Shown here one piece after another: positions 14,737 to 23,877 of a DNA stretch of 64,000 nt. Numbering within the stretch: position 1 is the stretch's first letter; each line of letters opens with the position of its first letter. The translations under genes and the position numbers were made by a program. The notes under the pieces are model-generated. The model made no database searches. It was not told the origin of the DNA and saw nothing but the letters and a program-made list of their open reading frames with translations. Origin of the DNA: a virus; the IMG/VR virus record IMGVR_UViG_3300025405_000009, positions 1 through 64,000 of that record; one strand, written 5' to 3'.

Positions 14737-15093
14737 ATGCAAAAAGACATTTATGCAATCTATGAAGCTTATGTAACTGAGGGACAGGAAGGATATGCTT
14801 TTGGTTCATCACAAGCACAAATGCCCGGTAAGAAAAATCTTACATCTGCAGGTCCTAATGATAACAATAGAGAGAGAAATCCAATGGTCGTTGCAGGTGG
14901 AAAAGATTTGCCAATGGATAGTAGCGCTAATCCACCATATCAAGGTGAGGAAACAAGAGAGCATAAATCACTAAAACGTGAATTAGCAAAATTAAATGAG
15001 TTAGTTAGAGATAAGAAATATCAAGATGTTGTTATGTACTGTAAAACAATCAGCAAGTTAGCTGAAGATGCTTATAATAAAGATAAAAAATAA
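14737..15093 (+). CDS. putative internal head protein
   Basis: MQKDIYAIYEAY; TAAATA upstream. Confidence 0.7.
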   Translation: MQKDIYAIYEAYVTEGQEGYAFGSSQAQMPGKKNLTSAGPNDNNRERNPMVVAGGKDLPMDSSANPPYQGEETREHKSLKRELAKLNELVRDKKYQDVVMYCKTISKLAEDAYNKDKK

Positions 15094-15128
15094 TTTGAAT
15101 TATTAGAAATGTGATGTAATATATTTAC

Positions 15129-15605
15129 ATGGCTTCACAATTATTTTGGCATAACGTTTATAACGGATTAGATCTTCTTAGTAAAGATTTTAAAAAGACA
15201 GATTTTATACCTGAAGCTATTGTTGGTGTTGGTCGTGGTGGGTTAATTCCAGCTACATTACTTGCCTATAAGTTTAATGTTAAGGCTTTGTTTAATTTTA
15301 CTATACAAAGCTATAGTGATGAAAACCTAAAGACAAATGATTTTGTTACCTTTCAAGAACCCGGTGTTGATATTTGTAATTACAAGAACAAAAACGTTCT
15401 TGTTGTAGATGATTTATCTGACTCTGGAGATACATTACTTCATATTGTAGATAAGTTAAAGCATCAATTTTATCTTGAGAATGTTAAAGTAGCAACTCTT
15501 GCTATTAAGAAGGATACAAAGTTTCGACCTGATTATTTTGTTCAGGAATATCCGTCAGATGTTTGGTTAACGTTTCCCTGGGAGACGGCGGATTTTATTT
15601 CGTAA
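15129..15605 (+). CDS. type I phosphoribosyltransferase (xanthine/guanine PRTase-like)
   Basis: VGRGGLIPA, VLVVDDLSDSGDTL PRPP loop, C-terminal WLTFPWE. Confidence 0.9.
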   Translation: MASQLFWHNVYNGLDLLSKDFKKTDFIPEAIVGVGRGGLIPATLLAYKFNVKALFNFTIQSYSDENLKTNDFVTFQEPGVDICNYKNKNVLVVDDLSDSGDTLLHIVDKLKHQFYLENVKVATLAIKKDTKFRPDYFVQEYPSDVWLTFPWETADFIS

Positions 15606-15830
15606 GTATTCCTCACGTTTTTTACGTTTAGTAATTTTAGCCGACTTAAGATCTTTCATATTAGGCAATAAATTACCATCCACCTCATCTGTTTCTTCAC
15701 CTGGTAAAATTGCCTTTGTTGTACCTTGATTGTTAGGACCGTTAACATACACTTTACGGCCGGGTTTTGGATATACATTCTCTCCACCAAAATCCTCTAA
15801 TAGAGCTTTGATTGTATCATCAAATATCAT
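15567..15830 (-). CDS. hypothetical protein
   Basis: 87 aa, MIFDDTIKALLE start, basic tail. Confidence 0.6.
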   Translation of the reverse strand: MIFDDTIKALLEDFGGENVYPKPGRKVYVNGPNNQGTTKAILPGEETDEVDGNLLPNMKDLKSAKITKRKKREEYLRNKIRRLPGKR

Positions 15831-15839
15831 AAACAGTTA

Positions 15840-18800
15840 TTAGGAATCCGGTGTTGTGTTGACACCAGATGCAGGAGGGTAGAAAGATTCATATCCATTT
15901 GTTGCATACTGTCCAATTGCAGTCTTTGTATCCCAATCAAGCTTAATACCAAGTACCTGTACATTTTGAATAAATGTATCTATTGGTGTACCAAATTGAG
16001 ATGTAAAGGCTCCAGGGCGATAGAGTGCAAAGCGACAAAGATCACCACGATGAACGTTAAACAGTGATGTGAGATTATTAGCAAATATCTCCGTTACATT
16101 AACTGTATAAGGGGCACCTATATTATCTGATAGTGAAACAACACGGGTATTATCAATGTTTAAATAATTACCATTGCCCATAACATTAGCTGCTATACTC
16201 CAAGTAATTGATGATAGATTAGAAGTATTAGTTGCTTCACCAATACCTGATATACGAGCCCAGCCCGGTCTAGCAGCACCATTAATATTATTCATACTAG
16301 CGTTACCTGCAACTAATACACCTGAAAGCGGGCTGTTATAAGGTATACGAATTATATTACAACCACGTTGACCAATTTTATTGTGAGGAGAATTAGGTGT
16401 TGGAAACCATTGAAGAGGTGTAAATCCATCAAATATACTACTTGATGGATTTGGTGCAACAACAGCGCCTAGATAGGGAACTTTTGTGGCACCAATTTGT
16501 GTAAATGTACCAGCTAGATAGACAGCTGATAAGGTAATACCACCAGGGTTATTTGGATTTGCCTCATGAAAATCAATATCAGTTACCTGATGATTACAAG
16601 CTGGGAACCAATTAGGTACAATAAGAGGTGAATCAGCGCTTGTAAATGTAGATGTTGAATAATCACCACCTACCGATCCATTAGCACCTGCTGCCTGTCT
16701 CCAGTAATTACCATTTTTAGATATATCTGTCGATTGATATTGACCTCCTTTTCCAGAAGATGAATCATTACCATATACGCCGGTTGTATCAAGTGCTAAA
16801 ACATAATTACATGGCACTGTAATACTTTGATTTACTTGTCTTTGTGATGTAAAAGAAGTAAAATTACCACCAATATAGATAGTGTTATTTGAGTCATGCG
16901 TAATTACATTCACTCTACCATTTAAAAGAGCATTAAAGTTTGTTAATGAACCGTCAGCTGTATTTGCAGAATTGCCTAACCAATGAGTTGTAAGGTTGTT
17001 ATATCTATAATTAGTTACTGATGAATTACCTGTTTGTGCATAGTGTGAGCCACCAACATATAATACAGATCCACCTCCTGCTGCAGAAACATTAGGAACA
17101 ACATCTAAGCATGTTGGTGGATATTTCCAAATGGTACCTGGCAATGAAGTATTTTTAGCATTAAAAAATCCTTGAGCTACATTAGCTGTAAAGACAGTAT
17201 CAATACCGCCAATTGGTAAATTATTATAAAATGAGGTAAGAGTAGGATCAGTTGGTGTATAAGGCGCAAGCATTATACGTGTAAGACCAGGTGCCTGAAC
17301 ATACACACTATCAACATAATCAGTAGGAGTACCACTAGTACGATAAGATCCTCTCTTACATTGATAGAAATTACCAGCTACATAAAGGAAGCTTCCAGCA
17401 GATAATAAAGCAGTAATTGTTGCAGGTACATTACCATTGGCTATAAATTGATAGGATGAAAGAGCATAATTTTGACTAAGATCGAATAATGCAAGACTTG
17501 TAGAAGGTTGTATATCAGAAGAAGTACCAGCAGGTGTCTGAGATGGGTGTTGTCTATCCCAGCAACCACCAACACAAAGAATATTATTAAATGCTGTAAT
17601 TTGTCTTACAGAGTGACCGGGTGTTGCAAAATTAAATCCAAATCCATTACCGTTTAGGATCTGTGCACCTGTAGAGCTACTTTGTAATGTAATAAGTGAT
17701 CCTACATAACCAGTAGATGTATTTGCACCACTTAAAAGATTAATACACGCAATACCGTTACGTCGTTTTTGTGCTGTACTACCAATATTTTGAAAATTAC
17801 CACCTATCCATAAATTAGATCCTGAAAGGTACATACAATGAATAGTTGATGGCCAATCTGCCCAACTATAATTTACTACAGGTGATTGCTGTAGTGTCCA
17901 TCCGCCACTCCACCAACTTTGAGTAAGAGAATTCCACGCTGCATTATACCATACTTGATTCCAGTTATATGTATAATAGGAATATTGTTGCCAATAGCTT
18001 GGAAATAAAACACCTCTCCCAGCTTCAGCAACCCACGTTGTCCAAGTATTTGTAGATTTAGTTGCACTATTTGATGCAAAGACTGTTACATTCGATCCGT
18101 TTGTTGCGGATGTTGTCCAATAAATAGAAATTGTTGGTGGGTTGCCAACTGGTGCAACGGTTTCAAACGAAACAATAGGTATAGCTGAAAGTTTTAAATT
18201 TGTTGATGTGTAGTAAGGAAATAAAATAGAAGCAATAGTTGTACCATCACTTGCAATAATACTTGATGAAGATGCAGCTGCATTAGGATATAAATTACCT
18301 GGCTTTATATATTGTAAGGAATTATAAGCATTAATTAAATGTTTATCTGTCTTAGGATCAATATTATATGTAATACCATCACCAGCTTGAATATTTGGTG
18401 AAGAATCTATTACAACTGTATTAGTATTATTACCATTTACATCTGTTCCTGTAATGGTTGAAAAAGTCATATTTTGACCTGCACTTAAGTAGATAGTGCC
18501 AAGTCCTGTATTATCAGCAGTACCGATATATTGATATATATTGCCTCCTGTTGATACTGTAAGGTCTGTTATAGAACCTGTAGTACCTGTAAAATTACCT
18601 TTTATAGTATTACCTGGTACCCATTGTAAATTAACATTCTGAATACCTGTAGTGCTAGATCCTGTCGCTACACTTAATACAGTACTAACAGGGTTAATAA
18701 CTATTGTACTATTATCAGTTGCTGCCGAACTAATGTGATATCCACTTATTGCATTAGTTGCAAGACTTAAAATTGAATTATTACCAAATGTAAATTCAGA

Positions 18801-19181
18801 TGCACTAAGTGTAACATTTCTAGCTATAGGAGATAGATAAGTTGAATTTAATGGATTTGGTGTACCGTTAGGAGTTGCATTTAATGTATAAACAATGTTT
18901 GAACTACTATCATATATAACATCTCCTTTTTGACCAGCTGACAAATAACTATAGGCTGTTGTATCAATGCTCGTGCTACCGTAGACATTTGATCCACCTA
19001 TTACATTTAAAAATATACCAAAATTAATATTACCTGCAATATTACCACCATAGGTAGCACCATCTCCGACGAATAATCTATTTGAATCTGTTGTTAACCC
19101 AGGTTCACCTGCAGCAAGAAGAGTGGATTGACGGGAAAGATTAGAACCACGTCTAAACAAAAACTGTGTAATAGTTGACAT
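15840..19181 (-). CDS. tail fibre / receptor-binding protein with Mtd_N-like N-terminus and beta-propeller repeats
   Basis: FRRG....LAAGEPGLTTDSNRLFVGDG; repeated (L/I)YxGGxF propeller blades; TATAAATA upstream. Confidence 0.7.
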   Translation of the reverse strand: MSTITQFLFRRGSNLSRQSTLLAAGEPGLTTDSNRLFVGDGATYGGNIAGNINFGIFLNVIGGSNVYGSTSIDTTAYSYLSAGQKGDVIYDSSSNIVYTLNATPNGTPNPLNSTYLSPIARNVTLSASEFTFGNNSILSLATNAISGYHISSAATDNSTIVINPVSTVLSVATGSSTTGIQNVNLQWVPGNTIKGNFTGTTGSITDLTVSTGGNIYQYIGTADNTGLGTIYLSAGQNMTFSTITGTDVNGNNTNTVVIDSSPNIQAGDGITYNIDPKTDKHLINAYNSLQYIKPGNLYPNAAASSSSIIASDGTTIASILFPYYTSTNLKLSAIPIVSFETVAPVGNPPTISIYWTTSATNGSNVTVFASNSATKSTNTWTTWVAEAGRGVLFPSYWQQYSYYTYNWNQVWYNAAWNSLTQSWWSGGWTLQQSPVVNYSWADWPSTIHCMYLSGSNLWIGGNFQNIGSTAQKRRNGIACINLLSGANTSTGYVGSLITLQSSSTGAQILNGNGFGFNFATPGHSVRQITAFNNILCVGGCWDRQHPSQTPAGTSSDIQPSTSLALFDLSQNYALSSYQFIANGNVPATITALLSAGSFLYVAGNFYQCKRGSYRTSGTPTDYVDSVYVQAPGLTRIMLAPYTPTDPTLTSFYNNLPIGGIDTVFTANVAQGFFNAKNTSLPGTIWKYPPTCLDVVPNVSAAGGGSVLYVGGSHYAQTGNSSVTNYRYNNLTTHWLGNSANTADGSLTNFNALLNGRVNVITHDSNNTIYIGGNFTSFTSQRQVNQSITVPCNYVLALDTTGVYGNDSSSGKGGQYQSTDISKNGNYWRQAAGANGSVGGDYSTSTFTSADSPLIVPNWFPACNHQVTDIDFHEANPNNPGGITLSAVYLAGTFTQIGATKVPYLGAVVAPNPSSSIFDGFTPLQWFPTPNSPHNKIGQRGCNIIRIPYNSPLSGVLVAGNASMNNINGAARPGWARISGIGEATNTSNLSSITWSIAANVMGNGNYLNIDNTRVVSLSDNIGAPYTVNVTEIFANNLTSLFNVHRGDLCRFALYRPGAFTSQFGTPIDTFIQNVQVLGIKLDWDTKTAIGQYATNGYESFYPPASGVNTTPDS

Positions 19182-19250
19182 ATATACTTTGAGTAAAATT
19201 ATTTATAGTTTATTTTAGTATTGCTAGGGGTATAAATACTTAAAGTATTT

Positions 19251-19484
19251 ATGAAAGCTCTCTATTCTGCCGTTGTATCGAATAAAAATAAAATTGAAGT
19301 ATTTAACGTAGAAAAAGGTATTAGAAGTTACACAATAACTCTCGGTGACATTGAAGTTATTAATGGTCCTGTTGTAACAATGGATAAATTAACAATTGTA
19401 GTAAAAGATCGCACGGGTAAAATAACAGGAAGAGTATATTCTTTACCAAAAGGCGTTATATCCTATTCTTTTCAAATTAAATAA
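19251..19484 (+). CDS. hypothetical late protein
   Basis: 77 aa, TATAAATA at 19231. Confidence 0.75.
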   Translation: MKALYSAVVSNKNKIEVFNVEKGIRSYTITLGDIEVINGPVVTMDKLTIVVKDRTGKITGRVYSLPKGVISYSFQIK

Positions 19485-19488
19485 TTAT

Positions 19489-19890
19489 ATGTCAGATGAT
19501 AATGCGGTACAAGAATTAGCTAAATTGAGACGTGATGTAGAGAGTCTTTATAAAACAGTATATCAAGGTAATGGTACACCATCTCTAACCAATCAGGTTG
19601 TTCAGTTAGATGAACGTCTTGATTCTCTTGAAAGCCGAATAATTGCTAATATAGAAGCAATTGATACAGAGATGGGATTAAAATTTGATAATATTACAAC
19701 TATTGTTAATGAACGTTTTAATCATATCTCATATCAAATAGCACATGAATTTGAACGCACTAAAATTAAAGAGGCTGGCGGACATCAATTAAAAGCAAAT
19801 TTAGTATCAGCAGGCATTGCAACAGTAACAGCGGTTATTATTTTATTTTCATCTCATATACTAGAGATGGCACGTGCAGCAACTCACTAA
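19489..19890 (+). CDS. coiled-coil protein with C-terminal TM (holin/XhlA-like candidate)
   Basis: 133 aa; heptads then LVSAGIATVTAVIILFSS. Confidence 0.45.
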   Translation: MSDDNAVQELAKLRRDVESLYKTVYQGNGTPSLTNQVVQLDERLDSLESRIIANIEAIDTEMGLKFDNITTIVNERFNHISYQIAHEFERTKIKEAGGHQLKANLVSAGIATVTAVIILFSSHILEMARAATH

Positions 19891-19932
19891 TAAATAGTTG
19901 ATTAATGCATGTTATATTAGTATAATGCTGAT

Positions 19933-20493
19933 ATGACATATCTTAATGTAGATCTTGCTACAGAAACAATTATACCTAATGACTGTAGAGTAATAGCTGA
20001 CAAGGAGTATCCAATTTGTTTACTAGGCTTTCAATTAAAAAATGCATATGATCAATTAAGATTGAAAATCAAAAAGATTTATAAATTTCAAGACTATGTT
20101 CATTTTTTGCCTGATAGTGGCGCCACAACAACATTTTTTCGCGGTATACAATTAAATCCTTTACCAGCAGTTAATTCTTTGTTTAGACAATTAGAACAGT
20201 TTAATATTTCACTAACAGATCTACCTGTTAAAAGATATGAATCTGTTTTACACGAATATAATTTATCTTGTAAGGAGTGTTATGGTAATTTACAACGTGG
20301 TATTTACCCTGTAGATGGTAATAGTCTGAAGCATATTACAAATGATAAGATTGATTTAAATGACTTATATGAGAATGCTTTTGATACTGATAGTGTCCCA
20401 ATTTTTCAATCATATAGCTATCTCACCATTTATATTCTCAGTAATAAAAGCATTTACCGAACCGGTACAGATAATTTAATATTTAAACTTTAA
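19933..20493 (+). CDS. hypothetical early protein
   Basis: TTGATT-17-TATAAT-6-ATG leaderless promoter. Confidence 0.75.
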   Translation: MTYLNVDLATETIIPNDCRVIADKEYPICLLGFQLKNAYDQLRLKIKKIYKFQDYVHFLPDSGATTTFFRGIQLNPLPAVNSLFRQLEQFNISLTDLPVKRYESVLHEYNLSCKECYGNLQRGIYPVDGNSLKHITNDKIDLNDLYENAFDTDSVPIFQSYSYLTIYILSNKSIYRTGTDNLIFKL

Positions 20494-20622
20494 AAAAAAT
20501 TATTTGTCGATATTAAGTAAGAGTGAAGGAGCAGATCGTACTCTTACTAGGGGTGGGTTGGCGGGAACTTTTTGAAGTTACTAGTAAGCAATTATCTGCT
20601 TCTTTTTTATAAATATCAGTAC

Positions 20623-20808
20623 ATGACATTCTTAATTGAAAATACTCTTCTTTATAAAAAATATCATGAAGAAAGAGAACATATATTACGAAATAAATGG
20701 TATATGTCTGAACGTAAGGGTATTGATGTTGGTTATGAAAAAGCTCTTCTTGACTGGATTATTAATAAAAAGAAGTACTTAAACGAGACCCTTAACAGTA
20801 TTCTTTAA
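20623..20808 (+). CDS. DUF4032-like small protein
   Basis: EREHILRNKWYMSERKGIDVGYEKALLDW; TATAAATA at 20608, start moved to 20623. Confidence 0.65.
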   Translation: MTFLIENTLLYKKYHEEREHILRNKWYMSERKGIDVGYEKALLDWIINKKKYLNETLNSIL

Positions 20809-23800
20809 TTTAGAAACATCACCAGAAACTGCTCCTACAGCACCCTTTAACCCTCCTGCTCCACCTTGAAGTGCTGATAGGTAAGATGTAAATTTCTGTT
20901 TAATGTTTGTTATATCTTGATCTGGTGATTGTCCGTGATATTCGGATTTTGTAGGTACATTACCGCTTTGCATTGCTGCAGCAAACTCAGCTCTATGGAA
21001 GGCATGAGCTGGAGCATCACCTTCATTATGAGTATGACTGTGAGGGTTATTAATAACACTATCTGGATTTGCGCCTGCTCCAATAACCATCATTGGAGAT
21101 TGTAATGATGCCTTATCACCTGGGTTACCTTCTGCCGTACTAAGAATTTTCTTAACCTTATCATTTGGTAGACCGCGAAGAGACATAACGTTCGTGGGTT
21201 GTGTATTTGTTGTCATCATTTGTGGTTGTGATGAACCACCATTACCTGCAGGTCCTGTACCCTGTACAGCAAATCCAGCAGAATAAATTGGTACTTTAAA
21301 TGTTGTATCACCAGCTAAATTTGCTGCTACAGCTGCTGCAATATAGGCAGCTGTCGTATAACCTATTTGTGCTGTAGGTGTACCAGCTCCTGATTGATAT
21401 AATGGATCTTGTGGAACCCAACCAATCCATTGACCAGGATCAGTATATCCCATATATAGAGCCTTAGAATTATCTGGTCTCAATTGACCATCCTGTAACT
21501 TACCGGCTGTATCCATCGGTATAGCAATACCAGCTGTTGCATCAGCTCTTACTCTTCCTGTAACCTTAGTCTGATCTGTAACACGTTTTAATTGTGGTGT
21601 AGAAGTAGAGAGTGCTGTGAGATTACCTTCAACAAATATACCACCTTTAACAATAAGATTACCTGTAATACCAACACTACTATCCATTAAGATCTGTTCG
21701 TTATTACGCTGACGAATACTAACAATATCACCAATAAGACTTAAACGGTGACCACCATCAATATTAACCTCATTTGCACTACCAATGTTAACTTGCTCGG
21801 CAGCAATATTTGCCATTGCACCAGAGATATTAACTACACCGTATGATTTAAGATTTAATCCACCAGCGCCAACTAAAACATTATATCTGTTACATACGTT
21901 TAATGTATATGTACCACCAGGAAGATCATCAACTTGAACTTGTTCGATTAAAGGTGTTGGTCTTTGAACAGTAACGGGCATGTAAGGAGTAATACCAACA
22001 AAGGCTGGTGAGAGCTTACCAATAGGATCAACTCTAATAGCACCCCAATCATTCATTACCATACCAATTGTTTCAATCTTATGTTTAGTAACTTCAATAA
22101 TTTCCGAACCACCAGGTCCCATTTGTGATTCAATTTGTGCAAGCTTTGGTAAAACTGTTTGATATAGTTTTACTAAATCTTTTTTCTTTGGTTCAACTGT
22201 CCACGCACCATGAAAGGAACTTGGACTATATCCCGGCTTTAATGTAATAGAAGGATCTTTAACTAAACCTGAATTAAATGGTGATGCAGGGTTACAAACC
22301 GGACATGGTACACCACCAATGGTACCACTTAACTGTACTAGTGTTTTACCTTGTTGATCCTTTACAGACTTGTTATTTTCAATAAGGCTATGTACAGGAA
22401 ATATACCAGTTACTAATTTTGATAACTGATTGCCGAAAGCAATTGAGGGTTCAACACCTTTATCTGTGATTGTGTGACCATATGAACTATCAGCAAATGA
22501 GCTCGAATAACCGGGTGCTTTAGATACAATACTATATGCCTCTGGACCGTATGTATTGTTAAGAGCCAAAACACTTTGTTGATTAGCTGAACATAATGGA
22601 CATAGATAAGGTGTACCGTTTTTAGATTGCCCTTTTCCATTTAATTTAATAATACTACCATCAATGCCCTTAATACCTTTAACTCCATCTGTTCTTTGAA
22701 TATCGAATAACTGCTTTATGTTTGGAATGCCAACAGATTCCATTATTGACTTCCATTGATTGTGTAAACTAAAATGTAAATTACCAACCTTACGATAATG
22801 ATCTCCAACAATAGTATTATCTAAATCACGTTGAGTGAATTCATTTCTAAAACCGCGTACTGTTGAGAATGTATCACCTAATACCAATTTTTGATCATTA
22901 CCAGTAGCAAGTTCAATATTTGCTTGATTATTAAATTCTTTAAATGAACCTGAGTAATGAGTAAGTTTTACAGCTTCTCTTGTGTCTGTATTTGTAAAAG
23001 ATAATGTACCTCCTTTTTGATTTATAACATATTTGTTTCTGTATGTACGTACATTAATATCATAATTATCGTCTTTCTTTATATTTTCGTAAGTACCCGG
23101 ATAATCAATACCAGGTGTACCAGAGCTTGCTCCGGTAATTGTTGTCCAATCGTTGGCACCAAAAGAAAGACCAAATACAACTGGTCTTAAGGGATCACCT
23201 TCATTAAAAAATACCCAAACGTGGGCACCAACATTTAGAAGAGGAAAGGCACCTTTAGCGCTATTACTATATGTTTCAGGAACATAATCATAACTATATT
23301 TGTTAACATTATTAACGTTTGTTAATTGTGGGTTATTAAATGCGTCACTTAATTTGTTATACGCAATATCATAGATATTACCAGGTTTTTCACCAATATT
23401 ATCCATATTCTGGGTATGCGGATAAGAGGATAAAGGACCTTGAGCTGACGTATAATCTAAATTATTTGAATCACTTATTGAACCTTGATTTATGGTAGCG
23501 TTATACCGTCCAGAAGATCCACCACCGGCTAAAGGGGCTGACATTTCAGCCCATGGAAGGATTGCTTTTAAATCATCTAAAATAGCTGTCAAATCACCAC
23601 TACCAGCTGGTTTTGTTGAAGTTCCTGTAACAGTGTTTAATGTTGTAGAGAGAAGACTGGTGTCAAGAGAGGAGATACCACCAATGAAATTAAAGTTTTT
23701 ATCTTTATTAATCTCATTCCATCCTTTATAAACAGTTGGAGAGATGTGAGGTACGAAGACTTTAACTCTTCCTCTGTATTGTGGGTCATTGTTCTGTACA

Positions 23801-23841
23801 ACGATCCCAACATAATTACCGTAATAACGTGGAAATTCCAT
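20779..23841 (-). CDS. gp5: baseplate central spike (T4 gp5-like), no lysozyme domain recognised
   Basis: YYGNYVGIVVQNNDPQYRGRVKVFVP OB-fold start, GAHVWVFFNEGDPLRPVVFG, beta-helix repeats, terminal PHSHTH. Confidence 0.85.
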   Translation of the reverse strand: MEFPRYYGNYVGIVVQNNDPQYRGRVKVFVPHISPTVYKGWNEINKDKNFNFIGGISSLDTSLLSTTLNTVTGTSTKPAGSGDLTAILDDLKAILPWAEMSAPLAGGGSSGRYNATINQGSISDSNNLDYTSAQGPLSSYPHTQNMDNIGEKPGNIYDIAYNKLSDAFNNPQLTNVNNVNKYSYDYVPETYSNSAKGAFPLLNVGAHVWVFFNEGDPLRPVVFGLSFGANDWTTITGASSGTPGIDYPGTYENIKKDDNYDINVRTYRNKYVINQKGGTLSFTNTDTREAVKLTHYSGSFKEFNNQANIELATGNDQKLVLGDTFSTVRGFRNEFTQRDLDNTIVGDHYRKVGNLHFSLHNQWKSIMESVGIPNIKQLFDIQRTDGVKGIKGIDGSIIKLNGKGQSKNGTPYLCPLCSANQQSVLALNNTYGPEAYSIVSKAPGYSSSFADSSYGHTITDKGVEPSIAFGNQLSKLVTGIFPVHSLIENNKSVKDQQGKTLVQLSGTIGGVPCPVCNPASPFNSGLVKDPSITLKPGYSPSSFHGAWTVEPKKKDLVKLYQTVLPKLAQIESQMGPGGSEIIEVTKHKIETIGMVMNDWGAIRVDPIGKLSPAFVGITPYMPVTVQRPTPLIEQVQVDDLPGGTYTLNVCNRYNVLVGAGGLNLKSYGVVNISGAMANIAAEQVNIGSANEVNIDGGHRLSLIGDIVSIRQRNNEQILMDSSVGITGNLIVKGGIFVEGNLTALSTSTPQLKRVTDQTKVTGRVRADATAGIAIPMDTAGKLQDGQLRPDNSKALYMGYTDPGQWIGWVPQDPLYQSGAGTPTAQIGYTTAAYIAAAVAANLAGDTTFKVPIYSAGFAVQGTGPAGNGGSSQPQMMTTNTQPTNVMSLRGLPNDKVKKILSTAEGNPGDKASLQSPMMVIGAGANPDSVINNPHSHTHNEGDAPAHAFHRAEFAAAMQSGNVPTKSEYHGQSPDQDITNIKQKFTSYLSALQGGAGGLKGAVGAVSGDVSKLKNTVKGLV

Positions 23842-23877
23842 AGTTGATATATGATTATTTACATGTATTATATAGTT

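Noticed and set aside
15840-19181. Diversity-generating retroelement targeting the Mtd_N fibre
   Set aside because: No reverse transcriptase and no adenine-variant template repeat seen in the window.
20516-20560. Class I preQ1 riboswitch
   Set aside because: The stem lacks the consensus loop and the 3' A-rich tail.
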